Notes under the pieces: model-generated
Seen by the model: only the letters and a program-made list of their open reading frames with translations
Told to the model about the DNA's origin: nothing
Database searches by the model: none
Translations under genes and position numbers: made by a program
Shown here: piece after piece, positions 1 through 9,710 of the stretch
Layout: every line of letters starts with the position of its first letter
Numbering within the stretch: the stretch's first letter is position 1
NCBI GenBank assembly: GCA_036796255.1
Contig: DAIRDH010000024.1
Coordinates: 9,186-45,399, forward strand
From: Cryomorphaceae bacterium
Lineage (GTDB): Bacteria; Bacteroidota; Bacteroidia; Flavobacteriales_D; Cryomorphaceae
Direction: 5' to 3'
Length of the DNA: 36,214 nucleotides

Positions 1-1020
1 TCGTTTTGAGCTCGGCGTTGCTGCGCAAAAGGGTAAATAGATGCTGAAACTCTTCTGTAGAAGCGTGTGAAATAAACGGCAGCTTTTTCCCCACCATCTC
101 CTTGGCGTGTGCTTTGGACGGCAAGGCATTCACCTTGAAAATGTCGTTGGCCTCCTCACCTTTGGTCGTAGTACCCAGATAATATCCGGGAATCATTTTG
201 ATTTGCTTGTCTACAATTTTCAGATGAATCTCTTGAGCTGATTGACTTAGTCCGTCTTCTGAAAAGTCAAAAGGTTCAGGTCCCGACAACCAGACCTCAT
301 TGGTCTTGATATGGGCCGAAAAAGGCGGCATCCGCTGTTGCTTAAAAATTGACCGGAAGGCAAACAGGACAAGTTGACTCAGGCTTCGGGGACTGATAAG
401 GAAGATGTGGAAGCGGCCGTCGTTGGCAAAGGTGTTTTCAAGGATAAATCGAGACAACAGAGAGCCGCGACCGTGCTGCACGGCGACTATTCCAGCCACC
501 GCCGTTCTCAATTCTTTAGAAACGGTCTTCAACTTTACGTCAAAAGGGCGCAAGGCGAAAAATTTCTTCGCGATGTGCCTGAGTCGTTTGAATGGTGATG
601 TAGTTGCGGTGCTTCCTGATGTGACGAGATGAAAAGTATCACCGATAATCACATTGTTGAATACCAGCCTGTCATTGCAATACATACAATCTATTGCAAC
701 ACTTTTAGGATTGGATTTCAAATGGTCAATCGCATCCTTGACAGTGGAGTGTATACCATAACCTATGCGCGATTGGATACCATCCGGATGCGGCAATACC
801 GCTATTTCGATCGACTTCTCTGTGATAAGGGGAAGGAATATCTTGAGGTCCTCATCGCTCAGGTAGGTGAGCAGTGTTGCGTCACGATCATTCTTGTCCA
901 TCTCCCATTGGTTGAATGAAATGAACTCGACGGTAAGATCGGACAGCGCCTCCTCCAGACCGGTTTTCACCTCATCCGAAACATCTTTTGAATGAAGAAG
1001 AATGATCCTTTTGTTGTTCA
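1..1020 (-). CDS. Hypothetical protein, partial (C-terminus lies beyond window start). Possibly a diacylglycerol-kinase-like (YegS/BmrU) fold
   Basis: Minus-strand reading frame stays open for about 340 codons from a GTG at 1018-1020, with an in-frame TGA just upstream, and runs off the window edge, which is why it is absent from the ORF track. Translation begins VNNKRIILLHSKDVSDEVKTGLEEAL and continues ...IAVLPHPDGIQSRIGYGIHSTVKDAIDHL...VAIDCMYCNDRLVFNNVIIGDTFHLV. The last two segments resemble, from memory, the PlGTgNdfar and vDlg.vn.r.F.n.agiG blocks of DAGK catalytic domains. I did not see a canonical GGDGT motif. Confidence 0.5.
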
Positions 1021-1086
1021 CTATAATATGGCTTCAGGATGTCCAAGTTAATGCAATAATCTCAAAGGCAGGCGACCGTCAAAAAT

Positions 1087-1848
1087 TCAGATTTGCTCCA
1101 GGACCTCTGTTTTCACCCATCCTTTGCCTCCGCTTGCAATCTCAATATGGCGCCATTCACCCTCCGTGCGTAACAGGTTGACACGCGCACCAGCATGAAG
1201 CACGAATACATCGGTACTTCCTGCACGTGGTTCACTTTTCACATCGACTTTGTCGGCGAAAACGATGGCCGAATTGCGGCCGTGACGAAACTCGCTTGCC
1301 GATTCGCTGAGGGAGTAAGCTGCAATCACCAAAAGCAACAAAACCAATCCTGCAAAAAAGCCGAAACGCCTGAATGCCGAATTTTTGCCAAAAGCAAAAA
1401 GAAGGAGAAACAGTGCTGCAAATACGCTCAAGACGATAGAAATCCAGGCCCATCCATCAGGGCCAATACCAAAACGAAAATCTTCCCACCACAAGGCAAA
1501 TTTGGTCTTAGGCAGGCTCTCAATGCGGTCGGCAATGCGTTCATTGGCCAGGCGCAAGTTGTACCTTGCATCTTCATTGGCTGGTTCAAACTTAAGTGCC
1601 CGCTCAAAGTGCAGAATGGATTCCGGAATCTGGTTGAGTTTGTAATAAGTGTTGCCGAGATTGAAATTCAGCGCAAAACCTTCAGCTTCTTCTTCAGCCA
1701 ATTTAAACTGTTCGAGCGCGAGCTCGTAATTGGCCTGGCCATAGGCTTCATTGCCTTTTGCGAAAGCGCTCAAAGTCTCATCAGGAACGGTTGCCTTCAC
1801 GGCAAAAAGCAGCAGGAAACTGGTGCAGAAAATCAGAAATACCCTCAT
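1087..1848 (-). CDS. batE: BatE-like aerotolerance protein (signal peptide, TPR repeats, TM helix, C-terminal SH3-like domain)
   Basis: 253 aa with N-terminal signal peptide MRVFLIFCTSFLLLFAVKA, TPR-like repeats (YGQANYELALEQF, NLGNTYYKLNQIPESILHFERALKFEP), a hydrophobic TM stretch and a C-terminal GEWRHIEIASGGKGWV SH3b-like tail. It is the last gene of the bat cluster. Its start overlaps the batD stop in an ATGA. Confidence 0.8.
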   Translation of the reverse strand: MRVFLIFCTSFLLLFAVKATVPDETLSAFAKGNEAYGQANYELALEQFKLAEEEAEGFALNFNLGNTYYKLNQIPESILHFERALKFEPANEDARYNLRLANERIADRIESLPKTKFALWWEDFRFGIGPDGWAWISIVLSVFAALFLLLFAFGKNSAFRRFGFFAGLVLLLLVIAAYSLSESASEFRHGRNSAIVFADKVDVKSEPRAGSTDVFVLHAGARVNLLRTEGEWRHIEIASGGKGWVKTEVLEQI

Positions 1849-3629
1849 TTGAATGCGCCCTCCATTTTTTGAATGAATGCCTCTACCCTTTGGTAAAACA
1901 TGCGGTCGCTTTGCCCAGATATGGGCGCAAATCGGGCCATTTCACAAGTTTCGATGATGGCGATGGCCTCTTGCGCGAGTGTTTCCGGTATCGCTCTTGC
2001 GGCAAATTCCGCTTTAATTACGGGCTTGGTAAGCTCGGCCTTTTGCGTGTTCAACTTATCAGAGAAGTAGCCATACATGGCATTGAATATCTCCGCATAA
2101 AAATTCTTACTGTCATTTTTGTCCATGGCAGCTTTCGCAATTTGCAGACGTTTTCTTGCCAAACGCGCAGCTTTTTTGCTTCTGATGGTTTTGACATCGC
2201 CCAATATCGATTCTCGGTTTTTATTGAACAATACCAGAAGAAGAAACAGAAATAGCGGGCCAACAAGCAAACCATAGTATAGTTTTGACCCAAAAAACAT
2301 ACTGCCTTTTGCCTTTAGCGTTTCGGCACTCGTCTCTATGTAACGGATATCTGCGCGCAGTGGCTCTACCCTGCTTCGCGCGATGGCTCCCTGCCCTTCA
2401 GGCACGACACCATCTTCACCTTCAACCGTAATTTCAAATGGGCCAATGGATTCGGTGATGTATCGCTCCCTGGACGGACTGAAAAAGCTGTACTCTATTT
2501 TCGGAAGGTCGTATTGACCGGCGTAGCGTGGAATTACGAGATACTCGTAGGTTCGGCTACCGGAGATACCCCCTGCTGTAACTGCAATCTTGTCTTTTAC
2601 TTCAGGATCGTACACCTCAAAGTCGGTAGGAAAGTCTATGAGGGGTGCTTTGACCAGTTTCAAATTACCCTTACCGCTGATGACAACACGCAGGTCGATG
2701 GCATCATTGGCTTGTAGATTGGATTTACCCACTTTACCGCTGAAGCTATACTCGCCTACTGCCCCATTGAAGCTTGGCGGAGCACCTCCGGGAAGTGGCA
2801 ATACTTCGATGCTTTGTGCATAGCTGCTGGCACTCACCTCGGTACCCGGGTTGAAAAAGCTACGGTTTACCCTGGCGCTCAATTTGAAGGGCTCGATTTC
2901 TATGGTACCCGATCGCTGTGGAAAAAGCAATTGCTGCCGCAAAATAGCCTTGCGGTAAGGCACTCCCTTGATGTATTCGTAATCTGCCTCCCATGATACT
3001 GTTCCTGACTTCACATCTTCGGTCCAAAAACCATTGAGCCCTGGAAAAGTCGTTTCACCCAGGTCAATATTGTTGTAGCGGCTCAGCAGCACGAAGGATA
3101 TGAGGATGCCCTCGCCTTGATATACCTTTCTTTTGCTGAGCTGCATCTGCACAATGAGGTTGGCATCATTCGACCTGGCTTGTTGCTGCCCTTGTTGCTG
3201 CCCCTGCTGAGGCCTGGACTGGGTGCCACCGGCTGCTGCACTGCTGCGCCCTTCTACCACTTCAACTGTTATACTCTTTGATTTCAACAACTTATTGCTC
3301 ACCCTGGCCGATGCCGCTCCTATGGTGTAACTTCCTACTGCACGGGGCCGCAATGTATAGCTCACCGTCATGGTAGAAGATTGCTTGCCATTGATGAATT
3401 GAAAACTCGAGGAGGTGGAGGGGCCGAATACCACATCGAAATCGGTGAAAGAGGGCGGGGTAATCTCACCTCTGGCATTTTCCAGGGTAAATTTCACGCT
3501 GAATACATCACCAAGGGCCACGGGATTCTTATCGAGACTGGCATTGAACACCGGCTCCTGACCGTAGGCAGAAGCGATGGTCAAGAGGGCCATCAGGCAG
3601 GAAACGATATGTCTACCAGTCTTTTTCAA
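1845..3629 (-). CDS. batD: BatD-like oxygen-tolerance protein
   Basis: 594 aa with signal peptide, a long extracytoplasmic region, a Q-rich linker, and a TM helix near the C-terminus (GLLVGPLFLFLLLVLF) followed by a cytoplasmic tail. Size and position between batC and batE match BatD. Confidence 0.8.
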   Translation of the reverse strand: MKKTGRHIVSCLMALLTIASAYGQEPVFNASLDKNPVALGDVFSVKFTLENARGEITPPSFTDFDVVFGPSTSSSFQFINGKQSSTMTVSYTLRPRAVGSYTIGAASARVSNKLLKSKSITVEVVEGRSSAAAGGTQSRPQQGQQQGQQQARSNDANLIVQMQLSKRKVYQGEGILISFVLLSRYNNIDLGETTFPGLNGFWTEDVKSGTVSWEADYEYIKGVPYRKAILRQQLLFPQRSGTIEIEPFKLSARVNRSFFNPGTEVSASSYAQSIEVLPLPGGAPPSFNGAVGEYSFSGKVGKSNLQANDAIDLRVVISGKGNLKLVKAPLIDFPTDFEVYDPEVKDKIAVTAGGISGSRTYEYLVIPRYAGQYDLPKIEYSFFSPSRERYITESIGPFEITVEGEDGVVPEGQGAIARSRVEPLRADIRYIETSAETLKAKGSMFFGSKLYYGLLVGPLFLFLLLVLFNKNRESILGDVKTIRSKKAARLARKRLQIAKAAMDKNDSKNFYAEIFNAMYGYFSDKLNTQKAELTKPVIKAEFAARAIPETLAQEAIAIIETCEMARFAPISGQSDRMFYQRVEAFIQKMEGAFK

Positions 3630-4383
3630 TGTTAATGACTTGGGGTTTTCGCTTGCGCTTGTTCATTTCCTCCTGAAGTTCCTTTTCCCGCTGCATCATG
3701 GCCTCGAGCAATTTCTCCGCATCTTCCTTGCTGAGCTCGTCGGGTTGATCGGGCTCTTGCTGCTGGTCATTCTCTTGATTTTGATCTTGCTGGTCCTGAT
3801 TCTGCTCTTGTTCTTCCTGCTGTTCTTGATTTTCTTGCTTCTGCTCCTGGTCTTGTTGCTCCTGTTGTTGCTGCTCCTGTTCTTGCTTCATCTTCATGGC
3901 GTAGGCAAGGTTGTAGCGCGCTGCATCATCTTCTGGATTGATACGAAGCGCACCTTTGTAGGCTTCTATGCTTTTGTCTACGTCGCCCGAGAGCAAGTGC
4001 GCATTGCCCTGATTGAACAATGCTTTATTCTTATCCTCATCCGTTTCGGCGAGTTTTGCGATACTTTCAAAGTCGGAAGCAGCTTTTTTGTTCATTTCGA
4101 TGGCTGCCTCCATGGCCGATTGCTGTGCTTCCTGGTCTTGAATTTTGGCGGCCTCTTCTGCCATTTTTGCAGACTTTCTCAGCAAGGCATTGGCGCGGTT
4201 GAACCGTGCTTCCCTGCGATCACCATCCTTCTCAAGGGCCTCATCATAAAGTTCCAAAGATGCGTTGTAATCTGAATTGCGGTAGGCTTCATTCCCTTTA
4301 TAGATTTGAATACCTGCATTTTGAGCCATCAACCCAAAGGCTGCCAAAAGCATAAAACACATTGTGCAAATTCTTACTATCAT
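3613..4383 (-). CDS. batC: BatC-like TPR protein with a Q/E/D-rich low-complexity tract
   Basis: 256 aa with signal peptide, TPR motifs (YKGNEAYRNSDYNASLELYDEAL; NQGNAHLLSGDVDKSIEAYKGALRINP), then QEQEQQQQEQQDQEQKQENQEQQEEQEQNQDQQDQNQ and a C-terminal KEDAEKLLEAMMQREKELQEE region. Start overlaps the batB stop (ATGA). Confidence 0.8.
   Translation of the reverse strand: MIVRICTMCFMLLAAFGLMAQNAGIQIYKGNEAYRNSDYNASLELYDEALEKDGDRREARFNRANALLRKSAKMAEEAAKIQDQEAQQSAMEAAIEMNKKAASDFESIAKLAETDEDKNKALFNQGNAHLLSGDVDKSIEAYKGALRINPEDDAARYNLAYAMKMKQEQEQQQQEQQDQEQKQENQEQQEEQEQNQDQQDQNQENDQQQEPDQPDELSKEDAEKLLEAMMQREKELQEEMNKRKRKPQVINIEKDW
3741..3895. repeat. Imperfect CTG/CTT/TTG-rich low-complexity DNA repeat encoding the Q/E/D tract of BatC
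   Basis: The plus strand reads ...ttgctgctggtc...ttgatcttgctggtcctgattctgctcttgttcttcctgctgttcttg...ctgctcctggtcttgttgctcctgttgttgctgctcctgttcttg. Confidence 0.8.
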
Positions 4384-5531
4384 CGTTCAAAAATTTCCAA
4401 TCGTCTGGCAATTTTACCTTTTCGCTCTGTGAGCAAAAATTCAGCCAACATACAAAGCAAAGCGAGTACCAAAAATATTTGAAAACGGTCTTCATATTCG
4501 GCATAGCTCACTGAACCCATATCGGCCTTCTCCAGTTCATTTAGCTCATCGAGCAAAGTATTGAGGCCCACTTCGGCTGCACTTGCCCTCACATAATTAC
4601 CACCACCTGCCGCGGCGATTTCACGGAGCATGTCTTCATTCAGTCGGGAAATAACGGTGCTGCCGTCGCGGTCTTTTCTAAAGCCCGTCTTACGCCCGTT
4701 GCGCATGTCGGGAATTGGACTGCCCTTCACAGAGCCTATCCCTATGGTGTACACCAATACCCCCTGTTCCTGAGCCTTGGTCGCCGCGCCAACGGCATCA
4801 TCTTCATGATTTTCCCCATCGCTGATTACGATAATCGCCTTTTGCGCCGGGCTGCTGAAGTCAAAACTTTCGAGACTCCTTTCTATGGCAGCCCCTATGG
4901 CCGTACCCTGTGTTGGAACGATATCAGGAGTTACGGAATTGAGAAACAACTTGGCTGCGCCATAGTCGCTTGTGATTGGCAATTGCACATAGGCCTCTCC
5001 GGCAAAAACAACGATGCCTATCCTGTCGCCCCGGAGCTTATCTACAAAACGCTCAATGGCGCGGCGGGCAAGGACCATTCTACTGGGCTTCAGGTCTTCC
5101 GCGAGCATGCTGTTCGATACATCAATAGCGAGCATCAGCTCAATACCTTGCACCTTGGTTTCGGTCATTTTGGAACCCAATTGCGGATTGATCAGCGCAG
5201 TTATGATAAAAGCAGCCGCAAGGCGCCACAGCATGAATTTGGCAGTCACCTTTACACTTGAGACATCGCTTACCAGGTGTCCAAGTAATCCTGCTTCCGC
5301 AAATTTGTCGAAACGGCGGTTTTTCACCCAAATCATGAGGATGAACAGGGCGAACATAAGCGGGCCGAGCAGGTAGAGCCATGCATATTCCGGACGTTGA
5401 AAGCGGAGTCCGGGCATCACATTCACCAGCCAAAGCACCACAATACCAAAGGCCAGCCAAAGCACTGCTTCCAGGATAGCCAATGCGGTAAACGCACCCC
5501 AAAAATTGTATTTGTAGCGTTTCTCTCTCAT
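4380..5531 (-). CDS. batB: BatB-like von Willebrand factor A domain membrane protein
   Basis: Two N-terminal TM helices followed by a VWA domain (IELMLAIDVSNSMLAEDLKPSR...IVISDGENHEDD). I prefer the ATG at 5531 (MREKRYKYNFW...) over the ORF-track start at 5606, because it recreates the ATGA stop/start overlap with batA seen throughout the operon. Confidence 0.8.
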   Translation of the reverse strand: MREKRYKYNFWGAFTALAILEAVLWLAFGIVVLWLVNVMPGLRFQRPEYAWLYLLGPLMFALFILMIWVKNRRFDKFAEAGLLGHLVSDVSSVKVTAKFMLWRLAAAFIITALINPQLGSKMTETKVQGIELMLAIDVSNSMLAEDLKPSRMVLARRAIERFVDKLRGDRIGIVVFAGEAYVQLPITSDYGAAKLFLNSVTPDIVPTQGTAIGAAIERSLESFDFSSPAQKAIIVISDGENHEDDAVGAATKAQEQGVLVYTIGIGSVKGSPIPDMRNGRKTGFRKDRDGSTVISRLNEDMLREIAAAGGGNYVRASAAEVGLNTLLDELNELEKADMGSVSYAEYEDRFQIFLVLALLCMLAEFLLTERKGKIARRLEIFER

Positions 5532-6607
5532 GGCAGCGTTTGCAAAATGAGTTGTCGGTACAAAAATTCCAGCAACAGCAGAGCCCCGGCGATAGAAAGC
5601 ATCCAAAAGAAGTTTTCAGCACGGCGGCTGTGTTCCGTAACGTTGATTCTTGTTTTCTCTAAAGTGTCTATTTCTGAGAAAATTCCAGCAAGTGCGTTGC
5701 CATCTGTAGCCCTGAAATACTTCGCATCCGTAAGTTCCGCGACTTCCTCGAGCAGTTTCTCATCGATGTTTACATCCACCATTTCGTAGCGGTAGCTGCC
5801 ATCCTGATAAATTCCCGTTGGGGACAGTGCTTTACCGCGGGCACCGATTCCAATGGTGTATACCCTGATGCCATATGATTTGGCAATCTCGGCCGCGGTC
5901 ATGGGCGAGATGCTACCCGAATTGTTTTCACCGTCGCTGGTAAGGATGATGACTTTGCTCTTCGCTTCACTTTCCTTCAATCGGTTGACAGCAGTTGCGA
6001 GGCCCATGCCCACTGCCGTACCATCTTTAATCATCCCGGTGCGTATATCCTTCAATAGGCCTATCAGCACATTGTGGTCGGTGGTGAGTGGGCATTGGGT
6101 AAAAGCCTCACCTTCATACACCACTAGGCCAATGCGGTCATTGGGGCGCTCGCGAATAAATCGCGTGGCCACCGCTTTGGAACTTTCAAGCCTGTCGGGC
6201 TCAAAGTCTCTTGCCAGCATAGAGGCTGAAATGTCCATGGAGATCACAATGTCAATCCCCTCAGTCGATACGTTTTGCCATGACATAAGGCTCTGCGGGC
6301 GGGCGATCGCCATGATGATCAACGCCAGGGCTACACTGCGCATGATAAATGGCAGTTGGAGCTGGATTTCCGTGAGGAGATTGCCCCCTGAGTCGAACTG
6401 GCCCAATGTAGGCAATCCCACTTTCGAATACCTCCAATGCACGCTAATAACGTGGTAGATGCCTAAAGCGGGGATCAGAAACAGGAGCCAAAATACTTCT
6501 TCGTTGTTGTAGGCATACCGGTCTTTGAACATATACCACACCAGCAATGTGGCTATGCTCGAGAGCACTGCAACGGCGACTGCGATATAGTTTACCCTTT
6601 TTTTCAC
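5528..6607 (-). CDS. batA: BatA-like VWA domain membrane protein
   Basis: N-terminal TM helices then a VWA domain with a MIDAS-like DISASM motif (IVISMDISASMLARDFEPDR...LTSDGENNSG). It appears to start at a GTG overlapping the upstream stop (GTGA). Confidence 0.8.
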   Translation of the reverse strand: MKKRVNYIAVAVAVLSSIATLLVWYMFKDRYAYNNEEVFWLLFLIPALGIYHVISVHWRYSKVGLPTLGQFDSGGNLLTEIQLQLPFIMRSVALALIIMAIARPQSLMSWQNVSTEGIDIVISMDISASMLARDFEPDRLESSKAVATRFIRERPNDRIGLVVYEGEAFTQCPLTTDHNVLIGLLKDIRTGMIKDGTAVGMGLATAVNRLKESEAKSKVIILTSDGENNSGSISPMTAAEIAKSYGIRVYTIGIGARGKALSPTGIYQDGSYRYEMVDVNIDEKLLEEVAELTDAKYFRATDGNALAGIFSEIDTLEKTRINVTEHSRRAENFFWMLSIAGALLLLEFLYRQLILQTLP

Positions 6608-7593
6608 GTTTGGGTGCCTCCTTCGTTTAAGTCAACATCCTTGACTTCTGCCGCCAAATGCTCGTGCACGTTTTTCACAAATGAGATGGCATCAGCGGCT
6701 GATTTTTCACTGAGTGCTGCATCTGGCTTTTCTTTGGCAAACTTCACCATATCAGCGAGGTTCAGTAAGCTCCTGAGCTTCTGCATTTCGCCTTTCGGCA
6801 AATCTGCATACCGCAAGCGGCTCAATATCTGTGCTGAAGTAAGCTCATGGGCGGGCATGTCAAATACCGCCTCGATGTAATCCCGCAATGCATCCGTGAG
6901 TTCTGTAAAGTACTGCTTTGTCTTATCATTTGCGTAAAGCCGTTCCTGCCTGATGCGCTCAAGTGCTTCAAGTGCGCGCAAATGAGGAGCTTTCTGAACT
7001 ACAGGTGCTTGCTCTTTCGGCCTTGCTTTGGCACGGGCCCGCATGCGTCGGTACAGTAAAATCGCCGCTATAATTGCCACAAGCACTGCAGCAGCACCTG
7101 CAGCATAGGGCCAGTATGCCGACACATAATCGCGCCAATCCAGGTTTACTTCATAGATGTCGCGAATGTCATGTATGCCTTTGGTGGTGTCAATTTCAAC
7201 CCCTTTTACGGTAAGTAGAAAAGCCCGGGTGCTCATTCTATCTCCATCCACATCGAAAGTAAACGGAGGAATCGCATAAAAACCTGTATCGAAACTTGTA
7301 ATCCAAAGGCGCTGCTCGAGGCGGGTTTCTTTTACCTCATCGCTGGTAGGGAGGGTATCAATCGCCGAGCGCCTGAGCACCTCCACGCCACCCACGATGG
7401 TATCGCCAATAACAGGAAAAGCGATCAATGGCATATTTTCCTTGGGCACCGCAATGGAAAGGGTGAGCTGGGCTTGTTCCCCAATGAGAATCTCTTTCTT
7501 GTCAACGAGTGCATCGGGTTGCTGCGCAACGAGATTTGCCCCGCTCAATGCGATGCAAGTCAAAAGAAGTATATGTTTCAGCGTATGTATCAT
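6604..7593 (-). CDS. DUF4381-type membrane protein of the bat/MoxR operon
   Basis: 329 aa with signal peptide, an extracytoplasmic segment, a single TM helix (AAGAAAVLVAIIAAILL), and a cytoplasmic alpha-helical C-terminus. It sits between the DUF58 and batA genes, as in Bacteroides bat loci. Confidence 0.7.
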   Translation of the reverse strand: MIHTLKHILLLTCIALSGANLVAQQPDALVDKKEILIGEQAQLTLSIAVPKENMPLIAFPVIGDTIVGGVEVLRRSAIDTLPTSDEVKETRLEQRLWITSFDTGFYAIPPFTFDVDGDRMSTRAFLLTVKGVEIDTTKGIHDIRDIYEVNLDWRDYVSAYWPYAAGAAAVLVAIIAAILLYRRMRARAKARPKEQAPVVQKAPHLRALEALERIRQERLYANDKTKQYFTELTDALRDYIEAVFDMPAHELTSAQILSRLRYADLPKGEMQKLRSLLNLADMVKFAKEKPDAALSEKSAADAISFVKNVHEHLAAEVKDVDLNEGGTQT

Positions 7594-7595
7594 GG

Positions 7596-8468
7596 CTAGG
7601 TTCGCCTGCTAAGCAGATTTCTCAATGGCGTGATATACGATTCATGCGTGGCAATCTGTGCCACATCAACCCCGGCCCTTTTGCACGACTGCACCACGTG
7701 TTCATGCCTTGCCACTGCCTTTTTGGCGTAAGCTTCCCGCACCGATTTGGAATGTGTATTTACCCAACGCACCTCGCCGCTTTCCGGATCTACAAATTGC
7801 ACGAGGCCGATGCTCGGCATTTCTTTTTCCCGCTGATCGTAAATCTGAAGTGCCACTAGGTCGTGCTTTCGGTTTGCCAGTTTGAGCGCGTCTTCATAAC
7901 CTTCGGCGATGAAATCAGAGATTAAAAAGGCGATGCTTCGCTTCTTAACCACATTGTTGAGGTAGCGCAGTGCTTCCACAATGTTGGTGCCTTGCTGCTC
8001 AGGCTCAAACTCGAGCAACTCGCGAATGATGCGCAGTATGTGCTGCTTGCCCTTCTTGGGAGGGATAAACTTCTCAACATCAGCGCTGAAAAAGATCACG
8101 CCAATCTTGTCATTGTTCGTGATGGCTGAAAACGAAAGTACCGCGCATATCTCAGCGATCAAGGCCTTCTTGAGTTGTACGTGTGTACCAAAGCGATCTG
8201 ATGCCGAAATATCCACCAGTAGGATCACGGTAAGCTCGCGTTCTTCTTCGAACACCTTGACATAAGGATTTCCAAACCTTGCTGTTACGTTCCAGTCGAT
8301 GGTGCGCACCTCATCGCCTACGCTGTACTCGCGCACCTCGCTAAAGGCCATACCCCTTCCTTTGAAGGCCGAGTGGTATTCTCCAGAGAAAATCTGATTG
8401 GAGAGGCCTTTGGTTTTGAGCTCTATGCGCCTTACTTTCTTTAATAATTCAGCAGTATCCGTAGCCAT
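7596..8468 (-). CDS. DUF58 domain protein (MoxR-associated, VWA-like)
   Basis: 290 aa reading ...YSVGDEVRTIDWNVTARFGNPYVKVFEEERELTVILLVDISAS..., the typical DUF58 core. It lies immediately downstream of the MoxR ATPase. Confidence 0.85.
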   Translation of the reverse strand: MATDTAELLKKVRRIELKTKGLSNQIFSGEYHSAFKGRGMAFSEVREYSVGDEVRTIDWNVTARFGNPYVKVFEEERELTVILLVDISASDRFGTHVQLKKALIAEICAVLSFSAITNNDKIGVIFFSADVEKFIPPKKGKQHILRIIRELLEFEPEQQGTNIVEALRYLNNVVKKRSIAFLISDFIAEGYEDALKLANRKHDLVALQIYDQREKEMPSIGLVQFVDPESGEVRWVNTHSKSVREAYAKKAVARHEHVVQSCKRAGVDVAQIATHESYITPLRNLLSRRT

Positions 8469-8471
8469 GTG

Positions 8472-9515
8472 TTATGGTACCTCTACAGCGTTTAAGATTT
8501 GTTGAATCACATCTTCCACACTTACGTTTTCAGCTTCTGCTTCGTAAGTGAGCCCTATTCGGTGGCGCATCACGTCGGGGCATACGGCGCGCACATCTTC
8601 AGGCACCACGAAGCCGCGGTGGTTCAGGAATGCAAAGGCTTTTGCGGCAAGCGCCATGCTGATGCTGGCCCTTGGTGAAGCGCCAAAGCCGATCAAGTCT
8701 TTCAACTTATCCAGCTTGTAGGCTTTAGGGTCTCTGGTGGCGTATACCAGATCGACAATGTACTTTTCGATTTTCTCGTCCATGTACACTTCCTTCACTG
8801 TTTCGCGTGCACGCATCACTTCGTGGGCGCTTACCACAGCTTTTGGCTTTGGAAATGGCTTTTTAGAGACGTTGTTTCGAATGATGATGGCTTCCTCATC
8901 GCGCTTGGGATAGGTGAGCACCACCTTGATCATAAAGCGGTCTACCTGGGCCTCGGGCAGCGGGTAGGTTCCCTCCTGCTCAATGGGGTTTTGCGTGGCC
9001 ATTACCAGAAATGGCTCTGGCAATGAAAACGTTTGCCCACCAATGGTAACTTGCCTTTCCTGCATGGCTTCGAGCAGCGCACTCTGCACCTTTGCCGGAG
9101 CGCGGTTGATCTCATCGGCCAATACAAAGTTGGCGAAAATCGGCCCTTGCTTTACTGTAAATTCTTGATTCTTTGGATTATAGATCATGGTTCCCACCAC
9201 GTCGGCGGGAAGCAGGTCGGGGGTAAACTGCAAGCGGCTAAAATCAACACTGATGCAGCTCGCGAGGGCTTTGATGGCAAGTGTTTTAGCCAAACCAGGA
9301 ACTCCTTCAAGGAGTATATGCCCGTTGGCAAGCAGGGCTATCAGCAACTTATCGACCATATCATGCTGGCCGATAATGACTTTCTCCATTTCGAGCTTGA
9401 TCAGCTCAATAAATGCGCTCTCTTCCTGAATTTTGGCATTGAGCGCCCTGATATCACTCTCAGGCGCACTTGGACTTGCTTCAACGTTCAATGGTTTGTT
9501 TTCCTCTGTGCTCAT
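8472..9515 (-). CDS. MoxR-family AAA+ ATPase
   Basis: 347 aa with Walker A (LLEGVPGLAKT), Walker B (VLADEINRAPAKVQSALLEAMQE) and the MoxR-typical C-terminal region. It is the first gene of the operon. Confidence 0.95.
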   Translation of the reverse strand: MSTEENKPLNVEASPSAPESDIRALNAKIQEESAFIELIKLEMEKVIIGQHDMVDKLLIALLANGHILLEGVPGLAKTLAIKALASCISVDFSRLQFTPDLLPADVVGTMIYNPKNQEFTVKQGPIFANFVLADEINRAPAKVQSALLEAMQERQVTIGGQTFSLPEPFLVMATQNPIEQEGTYPLPEAQVDRFMIKVVLTYPKRDEEAIIIRNNVSKKPFPKPKAVVSAHEVMRARETVKEVYMDEKIEKYIVDLVYATRDPKAYKLDKLKDLIGFGASPRASISMALAAKAFAFLNHRGFVVPEDVRAVCPDVMRHRIGLTYEAEAENVSVEDVIQQILNAVEVP

Positions 9516-9710
9516 TGCGTAGTCCTTTCTTGGATTATTTGTTTGACAAAAAAACCTTTACTGCGCCCCTGTGCGGTGCGACGTGCAAAAGTCAGAATAT
9601 TGCTTACCCCATGGTAGACGGGTGCAGTTAAAATGTGTTAATACTCAGATTATGTGATTGTTGATAACTCAAGTTGAAGCGAAAGGGGCGATTCATTACT
9701 TTCGTAAAAA

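Noticed and set aside
1195-1872. 225-aa plus-strand ORF antisense to batE
   Set aside because: Lies entirely inside the well-supported BatE CDS on the opposite strand, with no recognisable motifs. This is a typical shadow ORF.
3577-4275. 232-aa Leu-rich plus-strand ORF
   Set aside because: An antisense translation of the BatC Q/E low-complexity repeat, where CTG/TTG codons read as poly-Leu. It is an artefact of the repeat.
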